A DNA stretch of 64,000 nucleotides, from the IMG/VR virus record IMGVR_UViG_3300045988_147856. The stretch is one strand, 5' to 3'. Under the pieces are notes generated by a model. The model saw only the letters and a program-made list of their open reading frames with translations, ran no database searches and had not been told where the DNA came from. Positions 11,001 to 18,919 of the stretch are shown here, in pieces. Both the position numbers and the translations under genes were made by a program. Within the stretch, counting starts at the first letter, position 1, and every line of letters begins with the position of its first letter. This DNA is from a virus.

Positions 11001-12238
11001 GCTCAAGTTCAGATACTGCACTGTCGTTAACGGCAATACTTGAGAGCTTTGTATGAAGAGCCTCAGCCTTTTGGTCTGCATCGAGAAGCGCAAACTTCAT
11101 TTTTTCAGCAAACTCAATCGCTTCAGGATTTTGATATTTTTCGACCTTTGTAACAGATTTTGAAAGAGAGGCTTCAAGATCTGCGATTTCTTTCTCAAGA
11201 CGTGCTTTCTCCGAAGAGAGTGTCTCTAAATCATAACCTTGTTTATAGAGGTTGTTGTATTCCTCTTTTGCCTTATTGAGCTGCTTCAGGGTTGCTAAAT
11301 CTTTATCATAGCTTGACTCGCCAAAAAGGCTGTATTCAGATTTAAAATAAGTTCGCCGTGCGCTATTTTCATCTTTATAATGGGTATACCAGCCCCACGC
11401 CTTTTCGTCGTCTTTGCGCGCCTGCTCTTCTTCGATTTCTTGCTTTTTCTGATAATACTCAAGCTGAAGTGACAACTCTTGGTTTTGCTTTTTAAGCTCT
11501 TCGGTTTCAGCCTTATCCGCCAGCGACGGATTCTTTATCGCTTCAAGCTCGACGAGGCGATCTTTTACTTTCTTTAACGCCTCTTCCTGATTGTTCAACT
11601 CTTCAGTTGTTTCCTTGTATTGAGTGCGAGACGCTTCAGCTTTTTCATCAAGCTTATCCTGCATATGGATAAGATAGTCAAATCCCTCAATTAGCTTCTG
11701 TATCGCAAACTGAGCAACAACAGTGACAAGCATACCTGCGGCGGCTTTGAAGATATTAAGACCGACGGCGGCGAGTTTTGATTTAATACCCGTAGCCTCT
11801 ATTTGGGCGGCGGCGTTCTTCTGATATTTTACGAAACCATCCCATGTGGGCTCGCCGTCTTTGCAAGTGTCGATATACTCCTGAACGGATTTGCTCATTT
11901 TATCATAAACTTCAGGAGCTTGTTCGAGAGACGCTTTTTTATATTGATTGATGTCGCTCTTGTTTTTCTTTCCAGCATCAGTCTCTAAATCAACAGACTC
12001 GCTTATCATTGCAGCAAGTTCTTTTCGAGTCTCTTTAGCGCTATTTTTTACCTTACTTATCTCTTGACGCACAGCGGAACCCCAAGACGCAGCGTGAGTA
12101 ATACCACTCTTAAATGTGCCATCCCAGTTAATACCGGCTGTCAGCTCTTGGTATTTTTTCTTTATATCATCGAGTTGGGCTCCAAAAATAGCTAAATCAC
12201 CAAATGAAGTACCGCTGCCCTTAGTAGTGAATATCTTT
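8065..12238 (-). CDS. Tail tape measure protein, proposed 3' exon
   Basis: The frame stays open upstream of the track start (GTG 12072) to 12237 with no SD or start codon. Coiled coils, a poly-Ser run, two tandem W-rich ~55-aa repeats and an SH3-like C-terminal region. Confidence 0.7.
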
Positions 12239-12252
12239 CATATTATACTGCT

Positions 12253-12268
12253 TTGGGGATAAGCAAAA
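12253..12268. repeat. Right arm of the inverted repeat / closing helix bracketing the intron cargo
   Basis: Plus strand TTGGGGAT-AA-GCAAAA, complementary to 15890..15907 (TTTTGC-GCCC-ATCCCCAA). Confidence 0.7.
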
Positions 12269-12297
12269 TAATATTATAACAAAGGGAGTAGATACAA

Positions 12298-12807
12298 ATG
12301 GCAAAAGTGTTTTTTTGCCCACATTGTGGAAATGATTTAAACCTGTCAAGCAGCTCCGACCTTATACAATATAAAAATGGTGTATGCCAATATTGTGGGT
12401 TTGTGGGAAGTTTTTTGGATGTTGGACTGAACTATGATGAGTTTATCGACCAGCTCGGAGATTATTTGACAAAAATAAATCAGGACGATACCTTTGAAAA
12501 TATGTGGTACGCCCAAATAAAGATGTTCAAAATAGACCAAGATTCGCGCTTCGACAAAGAAGCGTCGCTTAAATCAATGAAGGACAAGGATAAAGAATTA
12601 CTTGAAGCACACTTGCAGTTTATAGCCAAAAGAAACGCTGAAAAGCAACGCGAAGCCGCCGCAAAACTCCACTGTCCAACCTGCGGGTCAACTAACATTA
12701 AAAAACTCGACGTCGTTGACCGCGCAGTATCTGTGGGGTTCTTCGGTATCTTTTCTAATAAGATAAACAAGAGCTTTAAGTGCAAGGACTGCGGGTGTAC
12801 TTGGTAA
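12298..12807 (+). CDS. Double zinc-ribbon protein (intron cargo, antisense to the intron)
   Basis: SD AAGGGAG upstream of the ATG. CPHCG...CQYCG at the N-terminus and CPTCG...CKDCG at the C-terminus. Confidence 0.65.
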   Translation: MAKVFFCPHCGNDLNLSSSSDLIQYKNGVCQYCGFVGSFLDVGLNYDEFIDQLGDYLTKINQDDTFENMWYAQIKMFKIDQDSRFDKEASLKSMKDKDKELLEAHLQFIAKRNAEKQREAAAKLHCPTCGSTNIKKLDVVDRAVSVGFFGIFSNKINKSFKCKDCGCTW

Positions 12808-12834
12808 TTAGCATTTGATGGCAAAAACTATAAT

Positions 12835-12889
12835 AGCCGCCAGCAATATTGACGAACTAATTAATGATACTGGCGGCTATATTTTTTTT
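12835..12889. terminator. Bidirectional hairpin between convergent genes
   Basis: AGCCGCCAG ... CTGGCGGCT, a 9-bp stem with a long 26-nt loop, followed by a T-run. Confidence 0.45.
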
Positions 12890-12891
12890 AA

Positions 12892-13431
12892 TTATGTGTT
12901 TGAGTTATATTCACGGGATTTGCTTTCAAGAAATTTGAAATCGACGCACCGACACGAAACTTTATCATTCGGGTAATTAAGCTTTAATTGATAAAGCCGA
13001 AAAGCCTTTTTCTCAATACCTAATTCGTTAATCTTAGATATCTCTTTCTTCAATAAGTCTATGTATTTTCCTTTTTCGGCAGAGGATGGAAATGTCCGAT
13101 ACTGGTCGATATCGCCATAATCTAAAGTTTTAAGCATCGTTTTTGGCAAAGGGAACATATAGTTTAAGTTAACAACAGCAATCAACCGATCCGGAGCTCC
13201 TGAAGAGCCGCCCGGGAGGTAAATTTTTTGAAAATCTAAGGCGTCGCGCATACTATGATGACGAGACTTGGGGTGAGATACCTGTGTAACATACACCAGC
13301 TCATCCATCTCAAAGAGAGTACCAAAGAACGGCTTAAATTTAGTCTCGCCATAATCTGAGTGTGGGATTCTGGGCTCAAATCCTCGAAGGTAGTTCAAAT
13401 AATCCTCGCTAATAATTACCCAATTTTGCAT
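12892..13431 (-). CDS. toxN: Type III toxin-antitoxin toxin, ToxN/AbiQ/CptN-family endoribonuclease
   Basis: Family pattern YLNYLR...KPFFG...VSHPKSRH...LDFQKIY...VVNLNYMFPLP. Preceded by a repeat array plus terminator in the canonical layout. Confidence 0.85.
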   Translation of the reverse strand: MQNWVIISEDYLNYLRGFEPRIPHSDYGETKFKPFFGTLFEMDELVYVTQVSHPKSRHHSMRDALDFQKIYLPGGSSGAPDRLIAVVNLNYMFPLPKTMLKTLDYGDIDQYRTFPSSAEKGKYIDLLKKEISKINELGIEKKAFRLYQLKLNYPNDKVSCRCVDFKFLESKSREYNSNT

Positions 13432-13441
13432 TTTCGCTCCT

Positions 13442-13471
13442 ATAAAAAATGGTCACATTTTAAATGCGACC
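13442..13471 (-). terminator. Intrinsic terminator separating the toxI repeats from toxN
   Basis: Minus strand GGTCGCAT-TTAAA-ATGTGACC followed by ATTTTTTAT. Confidence 0.8.
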
Positions 13472-13544
13472 ATTAATACGATTTTGGTAGGATTCGTAAC
13501 CTCTATTAATACGATTTTGGTAGGATTCGTAACCTCTATTAATA
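13472..13544 (-). ncRNA. toxI: ToxI-like antitoxin RNA: 2.2 tandem copies of a 33-nt repeat
   Basis: Exact direct repeats 13472-13504 and 13505-13537 plus a partial third copy. Located between a consensus promoter and a terminator upstream of toxN. Confidence 0.8.
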
Positions 13545-13572
13545 GTATACATAAAAGGATCGAAAATGTCAA
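13544..13572 (-). promoter_or_regulatory. Promoter of the toxI-toxN unit
   Basis: Minus strand TTGACA, 17-nt spacer, TATACT. Confidence 0.75.
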
Positions 13573-13609
13573 CTCAAAAAAATAATAAATTTTAGCCAGT
13601 CGCGTCCTC

Positions 13610-13807
13610 TTATTTCCCTTGATTATTATTGTCTCTTTCACAAAAGGATAAGCCACGCAGATTTGCTGTAGAAATAAGACTTCCTGAATTAGAAACATTA
13701 GCTCTAACCTTGGCGTTTGCCGATTCTATAAGATTTTTGTCCCTGTTACGAACAGGTGTAGAACGTTTTAAAACACCACCCATAAGCCTTTTCAACCTTT
13801 CAAACAA
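13610..13807 (-). CDS. Small highly basic protein (intron cargo)
   Basis: TTG start after SD GAGGTGGAG; 65 aa; no recognisable domain. Confidence 0.4.
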   Translation of the reverse strand: MFERLKRLMGGVLKRSTPVRNRDKNLIESANAKVRANVSNSGSLISTANLRGLSFCERDNNNQGK

Positions 13808-13933
13808 TTTTCTCCACCTCTATTATATAATGAAACAATGCAACAGCCAAGAATAATCGCGCCTTATACGAAATATTGTTCTCAATCTTTTATTAATCGT
13901 AGTCACATTAAACTCCTCTTTTTCCAAATAATT

Positions 13934-14212
13934 TTAGCCTACAACGACCGCCGCAAACCAGCTAATTATTATGTCTATAAGAAATATTGCCTTTGCGCTG
14001 ATTCGCACTCGGTTGCTCTTCCCGAGAGGATATCTTATTATCTCTACAAGAAGAGAGCCGCCGAATACAGCAAAGACTATTATGGAGTATATTCCCATAG
14101 GTGTAGTACCGGCAATCTTCACTGTTGCGGCTATTAAGAAGACCACCACCAGCACCACTAATATTGATGCGGCGAAGGATAGGTATATCTTATCGTAGTG
14201 AGAAGGGGTCAT
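13934..14212 (-). CDS. Small integral membrane protein (about 3 TM helices; intron cargo)
   Basis: 92-aa ORF with three long hydrophobic segments. Confidence 0.55.
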   Translation of the reverse strand: MTPSHYDKIYLSFAASILVVLVVVFLIAATVKIAGTTPMGIYSIIVFAVFGGSLLVEIIRYPLGKSNRVRISAKAIFLIDIIISWFAAVVVG

Positions 14213-14242
14213 TTCTTACATTCCTTTCGTTCTAAATAGCAA

Positions 14243-14280
14243 AACAGTGCCCTACAAAAAATAGGGCACTGTTTTATTAT
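14243..14280. terminator. Bidirectional intrinsic terminator
   Basis: Perfect 12-bp stem AACAGTGCCCTA/TAGGGCACTGTT, flanked by an A-run and a T-run. Confidence 0.7.
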
Positions 14281-14288
14281 GCCTTTTA

Positions 14289-14317
14289 TTGACTTTTGCT
14301 TTTGATAATAATATAAT
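14289..14317 (+). promoter_or_regulatory. Consensus promoter for the small hydrophobic-peptide mRNA
   Basis: TTGACT, 17-nt spacer, TATAAT. Confidence 0.75.
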
Positions 14318-14384
14318 AGATGATAGTGGATCCACCGTTGTAATTGTTTAACGGTTTCACGGTTAAAAAGACGGTTGCTGATAT

Positions 14385-14437
14385 CCCGCGAGGAGCGGAG
14401 TGCAGCAAGCATACCACCTCGTGGGGAGATCTTTTTT
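14385..14437 (+). terminator. Leader hairpin / attenuator upstream of the small peptide ORF
   Basis: CCCGCGAGG ... CCTCGTGGG, a 9-bp stem (one G.U), followed by GAGATCTTTTTT. Confidence 0.45.
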
Positions 14438-14450
14438 CTCAAGGAAGGTG

Positions 14451-14555
14451 ATGTGTATAACTTTACTCTTTAATGTGATAGGGGCAGTGGCTTCTATTAC
14501 AACAATAATTATGTTTGTGATATACGTATACGAACATCATATAGAGAAAAAGTAA
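14451..14555 (+). CDS. 34-aa hydrophobic peptide, type I toxin-like
   Basis: MCITLLFNVIGAVASITTIIMFVIYVYEHHIEKK: SD AAGGA upstream, one TM segment and a charged tail. Too short for the ORF track. Confidence 0.5.
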   Translation: MCITLLFNVIGAVASITTIIMFVIYVYEHHIEKK

Positions 14556-14681
14556 GCCGTCTATAGCGAGTAGACGACTTACTAATTCGAGAATGTAAAT
14601 TCTCACTTATAAAGTTGATACTACAGCAACCGTCTGGATGTACTACTGGGGAGATGTTTGTTCACAGCAAACGTCTCCTTA
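14543..14681 (-). ncRNA. Candidate antisense sRNA convergent with the peptide mRNA (type I antitoxin-like)
   Basis: Runs from a consensus promoter (14716-14688) to a hairpin (14582-14552) plus T-run on the minus strand. The stem mismatch becomes a G.U pair only on the minus strand. Confidence 0.5.
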
Positions 14682-14687
14682 GTTATT

Positions 14688-14716
14688 ATTATATCGATGT
14701 CTTCAAATTAAGTCAA
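14688..14716 (-). promoter_or_regulatory. Consensus promoter for the antisense sRNA
   Basis: Minus strand TTGACT, 17-nt spacer, TATAAT. Confidence 0.7.
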
Positions 14717-14785
14717 TAAGTTTAAAAAATTTTACATTTTTTGAAACAATATCTAAAAATTTTGAAGATGCACTTATCTTTTTTG

Positions 14786-15826
14786 TTAATCTTTATCTTT
14801 GTCTATCTTATGAACCACCACGGGACTTTCGTCGTCGTCAACACCAACGGCAATAGGTGATATCCATTTTAATATAAGCTTGCGAGTAGATGGTTCTTTC
14901 ATAGAACCAGTCCAGAAATTATGCCAATGCCCGCGTCTGATATGAGGGCGGGGAGAAGCATGGGTTCCGGTGGACACCGAAGACTGTTTATACTGCACTC
15001 GCTTGTATTGCCTAAAAGACGCACCAACACGAACTCCGACATCCCACTTGCGAATCTCGCTATACTTATCCTTGATGCGGCTTGGCGATCTACGGGTTAT
15101 TGTTTTCTGCTCAGGATTCTCTTCTATATCAGCATTTGACGCGCAGATATAAAGGACAACCTGTAACATCTTGCTCATAAACGAGACAAGAGTATCGGCA
15201 ATATCCATATCCAACATAAACTTTTGAGCCTTGTCGTATTGCCCCGACTCGTAAAGATATTTATATCCCTCTTGACGAGTATATTCAAGATTGTCATAAA
15301 GGTTCTCTTGATTAAGATGTATCGGAAACGCATACGGCATATTGTTCTTATTTAGACACAAGAAGCGTAGCTCTCTGTCCTGTGTGTCCGTATCATACTC
15401 CATATGCACAAAGGCTCCAATGACCTTATCGTCGCCAAAGTAAAGATTATTGAACTGTATATAGAAACATTGATAGGGGAGGTGCGACAAAACTTCGCTC
15501 GGTATATCGAGACAATCTTCTTGTGCGAATAGCACCTCTTCCATCTCGGGGTCAAGGACAAATACTTCTTTGCTGAGTCTCCACGGCGCGAGAGCGGCGA
15601 GTGTAGCCCCAATACGCACCACGTCCGACTCGTTCTTAAAGTCAGTCTCGCTCTCCACAACAGCCTTTGCCGCCGCTATAGGCACATAGCAATCACTATC
15701 CCAACGCGGCAGACCGCCTTGTCCGTTATGTGAATGAATATCGGACAGCAAGTCCCACGCTTTAGGACATAACCCAGTTGCTTGCTTTAACAAGTCTAAC
15801 GGCGGGTAGTCTTTGACCTTTCCCAT
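14786..15826 (-). CDS. 346-aa intron-proximal protein of unknown function
   Basis: SD AGAGGTG before the ATG. First ORF after the intron core. C-terminal RPHIRRGHWHNFWTG motif. No LAGLIDADG, GIY-YIG or HNH motif seen. Confidence 0.7.
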   Translation of the reverse strand: MGKVKDYPPLDLLKQATGLCPKAWDLLSDIHSHNGQGGLPRWDSDCYVPIAAAKAVVESETDFKNESDVVRIGATLAALAPWRLSKEVFVLDPEMEEVLFAQEDCLDIPSEVLSHLPYQCFYIQFNNLYFGDDKVIGAFVHMEYDTDTQDRELRFLCLNKNNMPYAFPIHLNQENLYDNLEYTRQEGYKYLYESGQYDKAQKFMLDMDIADTLVSFMSKMLQVVLYICASNADIEENPEQKTITRRSPSRIKDKYSEIRKWDVGVRVGASFRQYKRVQYKQSSVSTGTHASPRPHIRRGHWHNFWTGSMKEPSTRKLILKWISPIAVGVDDDESPVVVHKIDKDKD

Positions 15827-15879
15827 TAATTACACCTCTGCTATATTTCTTAGATATATTATAGCAGAAGCCAAGAAAT

Positions 15880-16233
15880 TTTCAATCATTTTTGCGCCCA
15901 TCCCCAACGGCAGCGCGTACCGACCTACTGCGAACAACGAACAGGTTATCCGTTGATAATATAAGGGATTGTTCGCTCATCCCCGGAGTCGAGCACACCA
16001 TATTGATCCGTAGACCAACCGACCATTGTGCTCTGTGAACATTCTCGTTGCTTTTACAACGAGCTTTGCTGCGGACTTTCCTATCTCAGCCTTATTACCG
16101 TACCGACTCGCTTTCACGGTCGCCGCCATAATATTACTACTATGGGTTGGTAGCCTTGCATACGGATTACCCCGTGCCACATTATCAAGCAGCAATGCGC
16201 TTCTTACACGCACCAGTATCAGTCGTTTTTCTT
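15880..16233 (-). ncRNA. Group I intron catalytic core (P1-P9 region)
   Basis: GTTCACAGAGCACAATGGTCGGTTGG (16040-16015) resembles the Tetrahymena P7/P3 strand. P7 is GAGCACA (16033-16027)/TGTGCTC (15997-15991); P3 is ACCAACC (16151-16145)/GGTTGGT (16020-16014). Several local hairpins. Confidence 0.7.
15890..15907. repeat. Left arm of the inverted repeat / closing helix bracketing the intron cargo
   Basis: Complementary to 12253..12268 (8 + 6 bp). Confidence 0.7.
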
Positions 16234-17876
16234 AACACTCTCTTGTCATTGTCGAGCAATGACTCGTTCAGCGTCACCGCCAGAGCGTTTCGTGGGTATA
16301 TTCCTCCGATAATTGATAAGCCCACGTTTTTGATAGATGTAACAACGCCGACTATTGCAGGAAGCAACAGTTTGCACTTGGCGAGTGCATCCGCAAATTG
16401 GAGTGCGCCGTTTGTCAACTTTACAAAAGTAACAACGGCATTACTGTTAAGAAGATTTGTAGACAAAGACTCAAAAGAAGCCCTTGCTCTTGCGATATTT
16501 GCCTCAATACCCTGTGAGTAAGCATCGTACTTCTCCATAGCCGTTCCGGCGGAATCAGCACTTATACCCGCATACTCCATAGCCTTACCATAGTTCTCCA
16601 TGAGGGTAAGGACGTTTTCTTTCTGTCTTGTAACACCAAGCGCGGTCGCAATGGCACTCTGCTCGACCTCAGTCAAAGACGACCACTTAGCCTGTACGTC
16701 ATCAAGGACATCTGTGAAGTCTCTGAATTCACCTAAGTTATCACGAAGACGTATGCCAACTCTTGTCAATATGCGCTCGTAATCGTTTAGCGACTCGCCG
16801 TCGTCATCAACAAGCTTATTAAGCTTAACATTTGAGTAACGAGCGAACATGGTCTTAAACGCATTACCGATAGACGCCATGTCTTGCTGAGTAACTTCGC
16901 CAACAGCGGCAAGGTAGCCCAGAAGCGTGTCCATTTCAACACCGGCAAGACGCGCCGAGTTTGCAGTCTTACTCATACCTTCAGCAAGACCACCAACGCT
17001 GACGGCGGCAGCCATATCGACAGCAGACAGCTTATCTGCTATAGACATCGCGTCATTGATCTCAACCTTATAGCCCTTAATCGCCGAGGTAAGATACTGA
17101 GTCGCCTCCGCCGAATCAATCAGACCTATCTTGGAAAGAACGGTACTGGTTTTTATCAGTTCGTTTGTGTCTTCAAGAGAATAACCCTGTCTAAGCCAAT
17201 CGTCGGCGGCGGCGGCTACTTCAGAAGTGACAGCACCAAGCTCCTGAGCCATTTCAGAATAACTCGCCACGAGCTCTTTAGTGCGATCACGGTTGTAACC
17301 TGTAACCATAGAAAGGTTGACAACAGCCGAGTCAAGCTTGACAACATTATCGTAGACCTCTTTAAGCTGTTGCACCGAAAAACCAGCTATAGCTGTTACT
17401 GCCTTTTGCTTAATATTTGTCTTTAATGCACTGCCAAGCTTATCAAAGACATTTGTTGTTTCGACGCCAGCCTTAATGGCATCGAGCTTTAAATCGTTGA
17501 ATGTCTCCTGAAACTCTTTTGCGGTTATATTTCCGCTGTCCAAGGCGCTTTGGAGCCCCTTGAAACCACCCATAAGACCAGATTTTTCAAGCTTATCGCC
17601 ATATTTGTCCATGTACTTGTAGAGTTGGTTATAAGCTCGTAAAAACTTGCCGGAGTCTTGGGTTATTGACTTGGTGATTTTCTTATTAGTGGACTGAACC
17701 TCTTTCTCTATACTATCTGTATCAAGTGAGAACTTGAGTTTCGTAACTCCGCTTTTATTAATCTCTTTGGCTATACTCTGGATGTCTTGCAGTATCTGTC
17801 GTCCGGATTCGCCGCTTATTTTGCCGCCACCAGATACGCCAAATTTTAACTCAATTACGTTTTTGTTATCGGACAT
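16234..17876 (-). CDS. Tail tape measure protein, proposed 5' exon (TP901-type core)
   Basis: LSAVDMAAAVSVGGLAEGMSKTANSARLAGVEMD-type tape-measure core. The track ORF continues to 16185 through intron sequence before stopping. Confidence 0.75.
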
Positions 17877-17924
17877 AAATGCCTCCCTATATAAATAGCC
17901 GCACTCAAACGAGCGCGGCTACCT

Positions 17925-18467
17925 TTACAATATTCCGCTATCCATACCGCCCCACAAGCGGGGATAGTCTACTTTTACGCCCGGATGTTGCATCTCAAAG
18001 TCATTGATTGTATCGGAAATAAATGAGTTCGGGGAACGAACCCTTTTGTTGCTGATAGGCAATCCGCTATTTCGCCCTTCCCAAACACCGACCACAGAGT
18101 GAATCTTCGGATAACCCTGAGTTATCAGCCCGAATATGTCGTATACACCACTTCCAGTAGGAACACCACCAGCCCCAGTCAGCGAATCTCGTTTTAACAA
18201 ATCACCCGGAAACGCAATGTCAACGACCCATTCACCCGAGTGTTTATCAATCTTTGATATACCGACGTGAATTTTACCTACGCCCATTTTGCGAGCATAA
18301 ACTGAGGTCGCCTGATTATACGCATTAACAATCTTGTTGCGCAGCTCCTTAGCAAGCTCGGTCAGCTGATTCTTGTAGTCGGGGTATTTTTCTTTAACTA
18401 TTTTTTCTCCGTTTTTGCTTGAGATAAACTGTTGAAGTTTTTGTATAATATATTCTTCAGAAATCAC
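17925..18467 (-). CDS. Hypothetical late protein upstream of the tape measure
   Basis: 180-aa ORF; GTG start overlaps the stop of the preceding small ORF. Confidence 0.6.
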   Translation of the reverse strand: MISEEYIIQKLQQFISSKNGEKIVKEKYPDYKNQLTELAKELRNKIVNAYNQATSVYARKMGVGKIHVGISKIDKHSGEWVVDIAFPGDLLKRDSLTGAGGVPTGSGVYDIFGLITQGYPKIHSVVGVWEGRNSGLPISNKRVRSPNSFISDTINDFEMQHPGVKVDYPRLWGGMDSGIL

Positions 18468-18562
18468 TTAGCATCACCATAAATAACACACACGGGTTCT
18501 GTTACGGCTCGTACCACTACAACAGGTTCACTGATAACTCTGATATAAACTACATCAAACAT
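18464..18562 (-). CDS. 32-aa small ORF
   Basis: SD ACGGAGG 5 nt before the ATG; fills the gap between neighbouring genes. Confidence 0.4.
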   Translation of the reverse strand: MFDVVYIRVISEPVVVVRAVTEPVCVIYGDAK

Positions 18563-18573
18563 TTCAGCCTCCG

Positions 18574-18900
18574 TTATTCGCACTTATCTGCGGAATTGAA
18601 CAATGTCGGCGAAACGCGAAGCTCGACTATGGGTGTTGCGGGGATTTTTTCGTCAGCCATAACAACTCGTGTGTCCATAAAGATAATACCTTCAGGCAGA
18701 CGACCGGACTCTTCTGCCGTCAGCTCAATTGTGTATAAATCAGACTCTTCGTCATAACCGACATTATCCGGGTACTTTCGCGTGAAGAGAGTCTGACTAT
18801 TCATATCTTTATCGAGCTTAAACAAGAAGTCTATGTGCTCGATATCAGAGTGGCTTATATTAAACTTAATAGGTATAGTGGGAGTAGTGAACCTCTTCAC
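18574..18900 (-). CDS. Hypothetical tail-module protein
   Basis: 108-aa ORF in the compact late array. Confidence 0.6.
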   Translation of the reverse strand: MKRFTTPTIPIKFNISHSDIEHIDFLFKLDKDMNSQTLFTRKYPDNVGYDEESDLYTIELTAEESGRLPEGIIFMDTRVVMADEKIPATPIVELRVSPTLFNSADKCE

Positions 18901-18919
18901 ACAACCAACTCCTTACTTA

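Larger units (their letters stand above)
12239..16233 (-). mobile_element. Group I intron (~4.0 kb) with ~3.6-kb multi-gene cargo, interrupting the tape-measure gene
   Basis: Group I core at 16233-15880; a long-range stem closes the cargo; a phase-consistent 5'SS (U at 16234) and omega-G (12239). Splice sites are tentative (about +/-60 nt at the 5' side). Confidence 0.65.

Noticed and set aside
13453-13698. Track ORF (81 aa) with the repeated peptide LIEVTNPTKIV.
   Set aside because: It is just the translation of the toxI-like 33-nt tandem repeats and their promoter region. It has no SD.
15977-16521. Track ORFs 15977..16213(-), 16026..16235(+) and 16147..16521(+).
   Set aside because: They overlap the group I intron core or lie antisense to the tape-measure exon. 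None has an SD, and their composition is implausible.
8065-17876. Alternative reading: two independent tape-measure-like genes (563 aa and 1335 aa) rather than one split gene.
   Set aside because: The downstream ORF has no start or SD for the 55 codons of open frame above its listed GTG. The upstream ORF ends in junk residues. A group I core sits exactly at the break. This reading is kept as the null hypothesis in the refutation criteria.
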